A stretch of DNA of 64,000 nt from Chloroflexota bacterium (GTDB lineage: Bacteria; Chloroflexota; UBA11872; VXNJ01). The notes under the pieces are model-generated. The model saw only the letters and a program-made list of their open reading frames with translations, was not told the DNA's origin and searched no databases. Positions within the stretch are counted from its first letter, which is position 1, and each line of letters begins with the position of its first letter. The DNA is taken from positions 192,001-256,000 of the forward strand of contig OZ253449.1 in assembly GCA_965261345.1 (NCBI GenBank), given 5' to 3'. Positions 10,856 to 20,670 of the stretch are shown one piece after another. Both the position numbers and the translations under genes were made by a program.

Positions 10856-11487
10856 GTCCGGCCCGCCCGCGGCGCGATGTCATTCCAGCGGTTGGCCAGT
10901 TCGGCGACCTGGCGATGGACCTGGAACAACGCATCCCAAATCCGGCCGCGATGTTCATCGGCGCTCCCCAGGTCGCCGGCCGCAGCCGCGTCCGCCAGGT
11001 CTGTGGCGAACTCCGACTGGGCGTCGGCGGCCGAATCAGCCGCGTCCCTGATCGCCAACGTGGTCGCCCGCAGACGGTCCAAGAGCTCCCCTAAAGGAGT
11101 AATCGCATCGGTTGGGTGATCGTAATTTGAAGAATCAACGAACCGGTGTGGAAGTCGCCGGCCGCCTGGCCCCCAGTAGGTGTGGGTCGGCTGGATGTGT
11201 GGGGTCACCGACAGGTACATGATCATCGGCTTATCGCCGATCGCACGCACCGAGTGCATCTGGTCCACCAGAGCGATGCAAAGCTGACCCGGACCGACTA
11301 AGGCGGTTTCGCCGGCGATTGTAAATTCGGCCTTACCCGCCAGGACCAGGAAGATCTCGTGACCAAGGTCGTGCGAGTGCGCCCGCGCCGTCTCGCCGGG
11401 ATCAAGGCGCATGAACCGGGCCCGGATCTGGGGCGAAACCAGCAGGTTGCGCTCGTCGGTCCGGTAGTCGTAGATCGGTAGCGGCAT
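10852..11487 (-). CDS. Cupin-domain protein with helical C-terminal extension
   Basis: HSHDLGHEIF...G.AEF and MHSV motifs; 4-bp overlap with the downstream oxidoreductase; start ATG 11487 (MPLPIYDY). Confidence 0.8.
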   Translation of the reverse strand: MPLPIYDYRTDERNLLVSPQIRARFMRLDPGETARAHSHDLGHEIFLVLAGKAEFTIAGETALVGPGQLCIALVDQMHSVRAIGDKPMIMYLSVTPHIQPTHTYWGPGGRRLPHRFVDSSNYDHPTDAITPLGELLDRLRATTLAIRDAADSAADAQSEFATDLADAAAAGDLGSADEHRGRIWDALFQVHRQVAELANRWNDIAPRAGRT

Positions 11488-11711
11488 CGGGGGGCTCACT
11501 CTCGAAACGCTTAAGGTACGCAATTGTCCGTGCAGCCTATTCCGAGAGACCGCCAATTTCAGGCCAGCGGCGTTCGGCGTCACCAAACGGAACCTTCACC
11601 GCCGAAGGCTGGTTGGCGGCTGCCGGCTGCCAATGCCGAAAATTCGTGCAGAGACTAATGTAAAGGCCCCGGCTTTCCGGGGCGCGGTAGCTATTTGCGA
11701 GGTGGCAGGCG

Positions 11712-12215
11712 TTGGTCAAATTAAGGCAAATATCCCAACGATACCTCGCCGCGGGCGGACTGCTACTGCTAGCAGCAGTGCTCGTGGGCGGTGTGATCGC
11801 CGCGTTGCTGGAGGAAGAGGCCAGTTTTCCCAAAGATTCCGCCGAGGCGATCGTGCAGCGCTATGAAAAAGCGGTGGCGGACACGGATTGGGACACGGCA
11901 TATGCGTTCCTGGCCGATGAGCTGCAGGAAGTCTGCCCGCTGGAAGAAATCGCCCCGATGCGCTTTACGGCGCCGGAGGGTCAGAGGATCACCCTGCAGG
12001 GCTCGCAAATGGTCGGCAACACGCTGGTTGTGACCGTGCGAGTTACCGAATCGGAGTTCGAGGGACCATTTGGCGGCGGACAACGGGCCTTTGAGCGGCG
12101 TTACTCACTCAAATTTGCCAATGAGCAATGGCGGTTTAGTGAGTTTCCAGAGCCGTTCTATCGGTGTCCCGAAGCGCGCGAGGCGGCTGGGCCAACTCGG
12201 GTTCAGGTCCCTTGA
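11712..12215 (+). CDS. Membrane-anchored hypothetical protein (NTF2-like fold likely)
   Basis: N-terminal TM helix; AE.IVQRY..A....DWDTAY.FL pattern; operonic with the next gene. Confidence 0.65.
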   Translation: MVKLRQISQRYLAAGGLLLLAAVLVGGVIAALLEEEASFPKDSAEAIVQRYEKAVADTDWDTAYAFLADELQEVCPLEEIAPMRFTAPEGQRITLQGSQMVGNTLVVTVRVTESEFEGPFGGGQRAFERRYSLKFANEQWRFSEFPEPFYRCPEAREAAGPTRVQVP

Positions 12216-12245
12216 GCAACCCCCAGGGGGCATAGGGCCCAGCCG

Positions 12246-14057
12246 ATGAACCCAGCGGTTTTCGCGTTGCTGGCGCTGCTTTCCCCGGTTGCGATCGTGG
12301 CGGCAATTGTGTACGGCGTTAACCGCTGGCGAAGAGCGGGTGCTGCTGCCGATTCAAGCGAACCGATCGCCGTCTCGGTCCGACGCTTCTATTTCTATTT
12401 CGTGTCCCTGACGGGGCTTGTGGTGGGCGCTAGCGGCCTCTTTTTCATCGTGCATTTCGTGCTGGAGCTAATTTTTGGCGCGCTCGTCATGGCGGCTTCC
12501 CGCGATCCCCTGGCAATCGGTCTGTCACTGGCGGTGGTGGGGTTGGCAGTCTGGGGATTTCACTGGCGGCATATCCAGCAGTCCCTGCAAGCAAGGAAAT
12601 CCGAGGCGCAGGCGCTGCTGCGCAGCTTCTACATCTACCTGATCCTGGCCATCGCCGGCGTGATATTGCTGACTACGGGATATGCGATCCTGCGCTGGCT
12701 GTTGGCATCCTACCGCGGCGACGTATTTGATGCCGCACCCTTGGCGTTCGCCGCCATCTGGGGACCGATCTGGGCCTATCACTGGAAAGTTGGCTCCGTT
12801 AGTGCTCCTACGGACGCGGCGCTCGCGGTCCGCCGCGTTTACATCTACAGCGCCTGCGCGGTCGCCCTGGCGATGGGTGCAACTGGGATCGGGATGGCGA
12901 TCTTCGTCGTGCTGCGTGCGGGCTACTTGGCGGTATTCGGGGATCCCGCACTTGCACAAGTCGGAAGCGGGTTGTGGAACGAGACGATGGTTACGGGTCT
13001 GGCCCTGGCAATATCCGGCGCGGTGGCCTGGTGGACGCACTTTAGGCGCTTCGGCGCCGGCGCACCTGATTCGGTGCTACGCCAGGCATATATATTCGCA
13101 GCCACCCTGCTCGGTGGGTATCTGGTGGCAATCGTGGCCGCGATTGCGGCCATAAGACTGATCCTGATTTGGCTGGTCGGCGTCCCGCCTAACCCAGCGC
13201 TTATCCACTTCGATTCGCTCCCCAATTGGATCGCTACGCTGGCCGTCGGGATTGCGGTCTGGGCCTACCATCGCGCCGTTATGCGGCGAGACTCTCGCGC
13301 GTCGCCACTGGGTCCGGTCTCCAGCTTGCGGATCTATACGTACACTCTCGCCGTATTCGGACTGGCCGTGCTGGCCGGGGCGGTGAGTATCGCGGTCACC
13401 CATCTGGCCGCGAGCCTGCTCGAAGTCCATGAAGGGATATTGGCCGGCGCCGGTTCGCAGCGGAATTCAATCGCCACGGCGATTTCCCTGGCGGTGGTCG
13501 GCACGCCGGTCTGGCTTTGCTACTGGCGGGCGGCGCAGTTGCGCGCGGGCGCCAACGGTGATCAGGAGCGATCCGCCTTGGCGCGGAAGATTTTCGTGTT
13601 CGCCGTGTTGGGCACCGGCGCCCTGGTCCTGATCAGCAGCCTCAGTTATCTCCTCTATGCCCTGCTCAGCGACTGGCTGGAGGGGGAATTTGGTATTGCA
13701 TTTCTCTACCAGGGGCGCTACGCGCTCGGTGCTATCGCCGCATCCCTGCCGTTTGTGCTCTATTACTGGAGCATCCTCCGGCAGGACCGGGCGTCCGAGC
13801 CGGTCAAGGAGCGAGCCGTCCACCGAACAGTGGCGGTGCTGTCGGGCCCGGGAGGCGAGCGGTTCATCGCCGATCTTGAACAGGCTCTCGGTTACCGAGT
13901 AGAGGCGTTTGACTGGATAGATTCCGAAGGCCCGGTTCAATCATTTGACCCCGGCCGGGTTCAGGAGATTGCGGTCGGGGTGTCCGCCGCACCGGGGTCA
14001 AAGGTGCTGATCACGCTCGATGTGAACGGAGCCAGGATCTTGTCCTACGACCGTTGA
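12246..14057 (+). CDS. Polytopic membrane protein with repeated DUF5671-like units
   Basis: Repeated RRxYxY...W..HW helical-hairpin units across 603 aa. Confidence 0.75.
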   Translation: MNPAVFALLALLSPVAIVAAIVYGVNRWRRAGAAADSSEPIAVSVRRFYFYFVSLTGLVVGASGLFFIVHFVLELIFGALVMAASRDPLAIGLSLAVVGLAVWGFHWRHIQQSLQARKSEAQALLRSFYIYLILAIAGVILLTTGYAILRWLLASYRGDVFDAAPLAFAAIWGPIWAYHWKVGSVSAPTDAALAVRRVYIYSACAVALAMGATGIGMAIFVVLRAGYLAVFGDPALAQVGSGLWNETMVTGLALAISGAVAWWTHFRRFGAGAPDSVLRQAYIFAATLLGGYLVAIVAAIAAIRLILIWLVGVPPNPALIHFDSLPNWIATLAVGIAVWAYHRAVMRRDSRASPLGPVSSLRIYTYTLAVFGLAVLAGAVSIAVTHLAASLLEVHEGILAGAGSQRNSIATAISLAVVGTPVWLCYWRAAQLRAGANGDQERSALARKIFVFAVLGTGALVLISSLSYLLYALLSDWLEGEFGIAFLYQGRYALGAIAASLPFVLYYWSILRQDRASEPVKERAVHRTVAVLSGPGGERFIADLEQALGYRVEAFDWIDSEGPVQSFDPGRVQEIAVGVSAAPGSKVLITLDVNGARILSYDR

Positions 14058-14279
14058 CCCCGGTCCGTCGACGGTCGCCTGTCAGGCGGAATTGGTTTGA
14101 AAATCTCCGCCCGGCGATCGCCGCACCCGGAAAGCAGATCTGACGGCGGAAACGCAGCGCAGGCGTTGTCGCCGGATCTGTGCACGAAGCGGCTGCGTCC
14201 CGAATCGGCGCCGCGCGCAAGCAGTTCAAAGTGTTCGGACAAGATGCGCCAAAAGACGCAGCGGTGGCCTGGATGGGCC

Positions 14280-14640
14280 CCTGCGCATGGCCACCAAGAG
14301 CGGCGCGCGGGTGGGGCTTGTCCAGCCGCTTGGGCCGCTTCACCCGCTTGTACCGGCAGGCATCGGCGCGCCGGTTGGACGAGCGAGCGCCGAAATTGCG
14401 GGGCAGCCGCAACGAATTGATTCCGTGAACGGTTGGTAGCCGGAACCGCTGGCGGGCGAATTCGGCTCAAAAACCCAAATCGAAGGCCAGATTGTGGGCC
14501 GGCGGTATGACGTCTTGCAATCGTTGTTCAATCTGCAGCAACTGTTCAGCAAATACCGGCGCAGCCCGACGCCTGCGTAGAAGATACCGCCATTTGCCCA
14601 TGTCTGATTCGGGATGGCGGCAGATGCAGGGCCGTATCGC
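14280..14640 (-). pseudogene. Relic of a DEDDh 3'-5' exonuclease, paralog of 19118..19687
   Basis: Minus strand reads AAPVFAEQ...AHNLAFDLGF*AEFARQ...HGINSL...SSNRRADACR, collinear with AAPAFSD...AHNLQFDAQFLRAEIRR...HGVDTL...SSHRLGDLCR; boundaries approximate. Confidence 0.7.
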
Positions 14641-14669
14641 ACGCCCGATCCAGCGCTTTGCCAATCGTT

Positions 14670-15470
14670 CTATCCGCGCAAGCGATCGAGCGCAGCCAGA
14701 TGAAGACCGCGCGAAGCCGATGCCAACACCCGGCCCTTTGAGGCAAGGGTGATCGGCTCACCGTCCCAGTCTGTCATTTGGCCACCGGCGCCGCGCACAA
14801 TCGCGACCAACGGCAAGTAGTCCCACAATTTCAAGGACGCTTCACACACAATGTCCACAAAGCCCGAAGCAAGCAAACCGTAGGCATAGCAATCTATCCC
14901 GTACCTTGACCGATACAGGGAAGACGAAAGCGCGTTCCACGCGTCGCGTTCCGGACCCTGGAACATCGTCGGGTCGGACGCAAAACCGATTGAGGCCGCC
15001 AAATCGGTCGTTGAGGATGTGTGGACAACGAGTGAATTGTGTCTAGCCTGCGGCGAAAGATGGGGGAAATCCAGACCTATCCAACGCTCCTTAGATATCG
15101 GTTGGTCAAGTACGCCGAGCACGGGGAGGCCGTTCCGGACGAGCCCAATCAACGTGCCGAACGTCGGCAGGCCTGAAATGAATGCGCCGGTCCCGTCGAT
15201 CGGATCGATCAGCCAGACCCATTCGGCGTCGGCCCGATCCGCTCCAAACTCCTCGCCCACGATTCCGTGATTGGGAAAGCGGCTGGAGATCCGCTTGCGG
15301 ATCGCGGTCTCGGCAGCGCGATCCGCCTGGGTAACCGGAGACCCGTCACCTTTGCGCTCGACCTGCACGTCGCTGCGAAACCAGGGCCGGATCGCTTCCC
15401 TAGAAGCATCGGCCAACTCCCCCGCAAATTGCACGTACATATCCGCGACCAGCTCGCGAGGATCAGGCAT
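14670..15470 (-). CDS. hisN: Inositol monophosphatase-family histidinol-phosphate phosphatase
   Basis: SPVTQADRAAE, GEEFG, WLIDPIDGT, DCYAYGLLASG, WD motifs. Confidence 0.8.
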   Translation of the reverse strand: MPDPRELVADMYVQFAGELADASREAIRPWFRSDVQVERKGDGSPVTQADRAAETAIRKRISSRFPNHGIVGEEFGADRADAEWVWLIDPIDGTGAFISGLPTFGTLIGLVRNGLPVLGVLDQPISKERWIGLDFPHLSPQARHNSLVVHTSSTTDLAASIGFASDPTMFQGPERDAWNALSSSLYRSRYGIDCYAYGLLASGFVDIVCEASLKLWDYLPLVAIVRGAGGQMTDWDGEPITLASKGRVLASASRGLHLAALDRLRG

Positions 15471-15711
15471 GACCTCGGCCTACCCCGCGTCCATTCGACA
15501 CGCGGTTAAGCGCACTGTCGATGACGGGGGACGCATGTCAATGTCTACCTTGATATCACTTAGGGTTACCTGATGTTGGATCGAAGCACTCGCATTTGGA
15601 CGACGCGGTCGAAACTGGGCGGAAGCCTGATTGTTTCGACATCGATGGCCACTACCCAGGATCGATCCTACCGGTCCAACAGCGCGATTGCCAACCGCCA
15701 GCTCATACGAC

Positions 15712-17094
15712 CTATCCAACGAGATCCGATTCGACAAATCGGTAGACGCGGCGCGTGAACGAGATCACATAGATCTCACCGTCGGGGCCTTCGGCAAACG
15801 CGGAGATCTGCAGATCGGTGTCGGCAACCTGAATATGTTCGGTAGCCACGCGACCATCAAACCGCAGCGCCCAGATCCGCCCCGAACAGAAGTCGCCATA
15901 GACGTAGGCCCCATACAGTGATGGCAGATTTGATCCGCGATAGACGTAACCGCCGGTGACCGAACAGCCGTCGGTGCGATCGTATTCGGCGACCGGGAGC
16001 ACCAGGCCGACTCCGCTGCAACCGCGTTCGGCAAAGCAGTGGGCACCCTCCATCAAATTCCATCCGTAGTTGGCCCCGGGCAGGATTATGTCAATCTCCT
16101 CATAGAGGTTCTGGCCCACGTCAGCAGTCCAGAGGTCGCCGGTTAAGCGGTCAAAGGAAAAGCGCCAGGGATTGCGCAATCCGTAGGCCCAGATCTCGGG
16201 CCGAGGGCCTGTCTGTCCAACGAATGGGTTGCCGGCCGGCACGACATAGCCGCCATGTTGATCGATCGAGGAAACGTCGATGCGCAGGATCGTCCCCAAC
16301 AGGGTGCCAAGGTCCTGGCCATTGCCGCCGGGATCGCCGGCCGAACCACCGTCGCCCAGCCCGATGTAGAGAAACCGGTCCGGCCCGAACGCTATCTCAC
16401 CGCCGTTGTGGTTCGAATGTGGCTGGCCGATCTCAAGAATGATCAGTTCGCTGTCGGGATCGGCCCGGTCATCGGCGGCGCGTAGGCGCGATATCACCGA
16501 TCGCCGCGGACTGGCGGCCGAATAGTAAACGTAGAAGAAGCCGTTGCGGGCATACTCGGGATCAAAAGCCAGGCCCAGCAGGCCCTCCTCGTTGCCGGAG
16601 CGGTTTACGCGATCGGTCAGGTCCAGAAACACGCGATACGAATCGGCTTCTAAGTCGTTGGCAATCGAGACGATGCGGCCTTCCTGCAGTACCACGTAAA
16701 GGCGCTCCGGATCGGGGTCCGGGTAGTACATCCCCACCATTCGGTCGAACGCCAACGCCGGAAAGACCGGCTGCAGTTCAAGCTCGGCCAGGGGCTCGCG
16801 CGCTGCTTTGCCATCGGCGATCACGCCCTCGGGAGAAGGCTCAAACGGCGGTGCCGTATCGGGCTCAGCCGACACCCCCGCGATCGGATCGCCCGCGGGA
16901 AGTTGGGCCGGAGCGCTCGGCGGTTCCAGGTCCGCTGCAGGTGCGCCCACAGTCGCTACGTATTGGTTATCGGGAGTTGCCGGGGCGGCGGGATCGGCGG
17001 GTCCACATCCGGCCAACGATCCAGCACCTAGGGCGAGCACGATAACAGCTGCCAGAGTAGTTCTCCAGGCCGCTCTGGGGACGGAATTAATCAT
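15712..17094 (-). CDS. PQQ-dependent glucose/sorbosone dehydrogenase-family lipoprotein
   Basis: Lipobox LAGC; EEGLLGLAFDP, NHNGG..AFGPD, YGLRNPWRFSFD motifs. Confidence 0.9.
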   Translation of the reverse strand: MINSVPRAAWRTTLAAVIVLALGAGSLAGCGPADPAAPATPDNQYVATVGAPAADLEPPSAPAQLPAGDPIAGVSAEPDTAPPFEPSPEGVIADGKAAREPLAELELQPVFPALAFDRMVGMYYPDPDPERLYVVLQEGRIVSIANDLEADSYRVFLDLTDRVNRSGNEEGLLGLAFDPEYARNGFFYVYYSAASPRRSVISRLRAADDRADPDSELIILEIGQPHSNHNGGEIAFGPDRFLYIGLGDGGSAGDPGGNGQDLGTLLGTILRIDVSSIDQHGGYVVPAGNPFVGQTGPRPEIWAYGLRNPWRFSFDRLTGDLWTADVGQNLYEEIDIILPGANYGWNLMEGAHCFAERGCSGVGLVLPVAEYDRTDGCSVTGGYVYRGSNLPSLYGAYVYGDFCSGRIWALRFDGRVATEHIQVADTDLQISAFAEGPDGEIYVISFTRRVYRFVESDLVG

Positions 17095-18298
17095 GCGCGG
17101 GTGAATTTATGTCGCGCCGAACGGCGGCAAATAAACCGACGCTCAGCAGCGTGCAGGCACCAAAGAATATCCCTACCGCCGGGTAGCCGCCAGTTGCCAG
17201 CGCGACTCCTCCGAGGGCTGATCCGAGCATGGTTCCGCCCGAAAAACTCACCTGCGAGAGCCCGGTAATGGCGCCGCGGTGTTGCGGTGCAAGATCCAGG
17301 ATCACGGCATTGAACGAAGTCGACCGCAGCCCCAGGCCAAACGACCAGGCCGCTGACATTGCGACCGCAAATGCCGGCACCAGCGGAAAGTTGAGAAGGA
17401 TCGCCAATGGCAGAAACACGATCAAGCCCGACCCCACCAGCGCGAACGCACGACGCTCGGGCCCAATCCGAACCGATAACCAGGTTGCAACTATCGCAAC
17501 CGCCGGCCCGACCGTAAGCAGCAAGCCGACCTGTCCCGGGGCGAGGCCATAGGTTTGGGCGGCGAAGGCGCCGAAATAGACATCAATCCCGTAGCCGCCG
17601 ATAACGAATGCGACATTGGCGGCCAGAACCGTGGCGGTCACGCGCCGGCTGAGGAGGTGACGGTAGGCGCCGGCAACCGTGGCCAAGGCCGCCGGCAGCG
17701 ACCCGCCGCGGACTGGCAAGCGCGGGACCGCGATCCAGGCCGCCACCATCGACAGGGCGGTGATGAGCGATCCGGCCGCAAAGGTGGCGGACCAGTCGAA
17801 GATCCCGGCTAGGAATCCCGACAGCAGCGGCCCGACCAGAAAGGCCACGCGGGCTACGATCAACAGCAGCGCCAGCATTCGATCGCGCTGCCGGCGTTCG
17901 AATAGGTCGCCAACGGTGGCAAACACCTGCGGGAAAAAGATTCCATTTCCCACTCCCATCAAGGCCGATCCGAGAAACAGCGCGCCCAGGCTTGGAAAGA
18001 ACCAGATGAGGGCGCTGCCGAGGGTGTGTAACCCGATGGCGGCCAGGATCACCGGTCGCCGCCCGATGCGGTCGGCCAACGGCGATATCAGCAGCGCCGC
18101 CAAGACCGAAAGAATCGTCTCCACGGTGAGGGTCTGACCCACCACGGCCACCGGGACATCTAGGTCGGCAGCGATAAATTGCGGCAGCGGGCCAAACATG
18201 CGGCGGCCCACCACCATTGCAAACATCATCCCCAGGAACGTGGGCGTAAAGAACGGTTTCTGCGGGAACCGGGACTCCGGCTGGGCCGGGGATTTCAC
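17087..18298 (-). CDS. MFS transporter
   Basis: About 12 TM segments; motif A PLADRIGRRPV; the first ~40 aa of ORF 17087..18418 derive from the adjacent IS relic and spacer, so the real start is probably GTG 18298 or ATG 18229. Confidence 0.85.
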   Translation of the reverse strand: MKSPAQPESRFPQKPFFTPTFLGMMFAMVVGRRMFGPLPQFIAADLDVPVAVVGQTLTVETILSVLAALLISPLADRIGRRPVILAAIGLHTLGSALIWFFPSLGALFLGSALMGVGNGIFFPQVFATVGDLFERRQRDRMLALLLIVARVAFLVGPLLSGFLAGIFDWSATFAAGSLITALSMVAAWIAVPRLPVRGGSLPAALATVAGAYRHLLSRRVTATVLAANVAFVIGGYGIDVYFGAFAAQTYGLAPGQVGLLLTVGPAVAIVATWLSVRIGPERRAFALVGSGLIVFLPLAILLNFPLVPAFAVAMSAAWSFGLGLRSTSFNAVILDLAPQHRGAITGLSQVSFSGGTMLGSALGGVALATGGYPAVGIFFGACTLLSVGLFAAVRRDINSPAHD

Positions 18299-18369
18299 AG
18301 ACGCGATGGGTGCTCGTTTCCCCGCCTTTAAATTAGGCCGCCAAATTATCCGGCCCGGGAGGCGGCGCC

Positions 18370-19040
18370 GCACCACCACCACGGCGTTGTCGTACGGGCT
18401 GCGCCTGGAGGACCCCACCCGGGTACTCGACGGCGTTCAGATGACAGGCGATGAAGGTGACCACCACAACTCGCTTGACGTTCTCCAAGTAGATGGCCAG
18501 GGAGTTTCCATGGCCATCACAAATGCCCACTTGCGTGCCCCTGGCGTTCGCTGCAAACGTGGGTCGAGCTGCCCCACAGTTCGCTTGGGCCCGCTCACTG
18601 GGCTTGGCCCCAATACGCGCCGTCCCCCTCGGGGGGGGTTCGGTGCCGGCGAGGCTTTACGTACTCCTTGAAGGGTCGCGTACCCACCTTCATAGTCCAT
18701 CACCCAAAGCTCGCGCAGAAGGACCACTCCTGTGTAGTGGCCGTCAGATGGCCGGAAGTCTAAGTGCTCGATGTGCGGATCGGACTTTTACTCCCCGCTT
18801 AACCGCGATTTGGGTTTTCAGGATGCCGCCGCGGGCGAACTGTCTGCCCACCGTGTTGCGGGAGATTCCCATGGCGCGGTCGATGCCGAATTCGGGGTTG
18901 CGCACCCCCATCAGTTCAACGTTTTGTCTCACTGTGCCACACTCCCGGATCGGGTTTCCGAGTCCCGGCGGGATCTGTCCCGCTAGATTTTTATACCGAT
19001 GTTCAGTAGCCTAAATCGGGTCCAATTGCCAGTTTCGGCA
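18370..19040 (-). mobile_element. Highly degenerate IS21 relic (left end plus 5' part of istA)
   Basis: Scattered frames give AMGISRNTV (HTH), VLLREL...YEGGY, WAFVM, FIACH..A.EY.GG, YDN; IS21-like end repeat remnant near 19000-19040; boundaries approximate. Confidence 0.65.
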
Positions 19041-19117
19041 GGAAAACAACCACGCAAATTGTTGTGTTGGCGGCCATCTAAGAGTAATCAGCGGCGGCCA
19101 AACAAGGACGCGGCTCC

Positions 19118-19687
19118 ATGCCTCGGGTAGCGTCAATAATTGACGTCTCCGATTTGTCTCAAATCGTTGCTATTGATGTCGAAACCACCGGGTTGTCGCC
19201 CAACCGTGACCGCATCGTCGAGGTGGCATTGGTCGGATTGGATAAATCCGCGAACCCGGATTGGTCCTGGCAGTCGCTCATCAATCCAGGTCGCCAAATA
19301 CCTGCCCAGGCCACAGCAATTCACGGTATCACCAGCCGGGAAGTTGCAGCGGCGCCGGCTTTTTCCGATCTATCCGACGAGATCCTGCAATCCTTGCAGG
19401 GAAAGATCTTAATGGCGCACAATCTGCAGTTTGATGCCCAATTCTTACGGGCGGAAATTCGGCGGTCTGGCAGGAAGATGCCCGCCCTCCACGGCGTGGA
19501 CACGCTAGATTTGGCTCGGCGATACGGTTGGCGGGCCGGATCCTCGCACCGGCTCGGCGACCTGTGCCGCCAATACGGGATCCAAACCTCCAATTTGCAC
19601 CGGGCGCTCGGCGATGCGATGGCAACGTGTCGGCTGCTGCAGGTCATGATGGGGAGTTCGGGGGAGTTCGCCCGCCGGCAAGCGTGA
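19118..19687 (+). CDS. Stand-alone DEDDh 3'-5' exonuclease (DnaQ/epsilon-like)
   Basis: ExoI DVETTG, ExoII AHNLQFD, ExoIII HRALGDA. Confidence 0.9.
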   Translation: MPRVASIIDVSDLSQIVAIDVETTGLSPNRDRIVEVALVGLDKSANPDWSWQSLINPGRQIPAQATAIHGITSREVAAAPAFSDLSDEILQSLQGKILMAHNLQFDAQFLRAEIRRSGRKMPALHGVDTLDLARRYGWRAGSSHRLGDLCRQYGIQTSNLHRALGDAMATCRLLQVMMGSSGEFARRQA

Positions 19688-20670
19688 TTTACGGCTACGC
19701 TGCGCTTTTACATTTCATGGCACGGACGCAGATGTTCGCTAACCGATTGAACATTTCAGAGTTTTAAAAAATTTGGTTCGAAATTTCTCGATGAGCCGGG
19801 TCGGACCAAGATAACGTAATGCATCGTCTCCAATTGAACAAAGAAATCGACTTATTGCAGATGCCTGACCGACACAGAATTAACCGTGGGGGCGGCCGAG
19901 TCTTATCAATAATTTCTCGCCGTGGTTTCCCGGCATCCTGCCTTTGCTTTCTACAGCAGGGCGAATTGCCCGACTTCAGCGTGGGAGATTGGGCTTGGTT
20001 CGAGGCCAAGTTCGGACCGCTACCTCAGTCCGAGCCTTACTTTCAGCAGCGCTGGGTGCTGTGCAAAACAGGCAACGACGGCGCCGAGCATCTGGCTCGA
20101 TCGAACAGGCACCCTGGACTCATCACCGCCGGAGTTATGGCAGGTTGCAATCATCACCATCGTTCGGCGTCGGATGCTTGGTTCTGTCCCGACTCCGCAT
20201 CCCGCAGTCGACATAGGGCGGGTACGCTCAGTCGCAATTCCCCCAAAGCGCCAGATCGCCCACGCGAACGCACCGATTGGCACCTGGAATTGCTCGCTTG
20301 CGTCGGCGGCGTATGGCGCATGATCGACGAAGTTGAAAACCACGGAATCGTGTTGTACTGAGTCTGGCGGCGATCCCAATACGAACTTATTGCCGAGTCC
20401 AATCCGCATGGATCCCCAATCAATGGGGACCGCTCATCGTCGACAGATGAAGTTGCAAAAGCCGGTTGATCAAATCGATTCATAAACCCGAACAAATGGA
20501 ATGGCGCTTCGTCGAAATACGACGATCACTCTCAGGCGTGTTAACTATCTGTAGTAAGCACTATGTCGAGTGTTCGTTCGAGCAAACGATTGTGCTCATA
20601 TTGGATCCGCAGATCAGGTGCCATCAACTCCGGGCCGGACTCAATCACGACCACGGCTCTGGCCGCTTCC

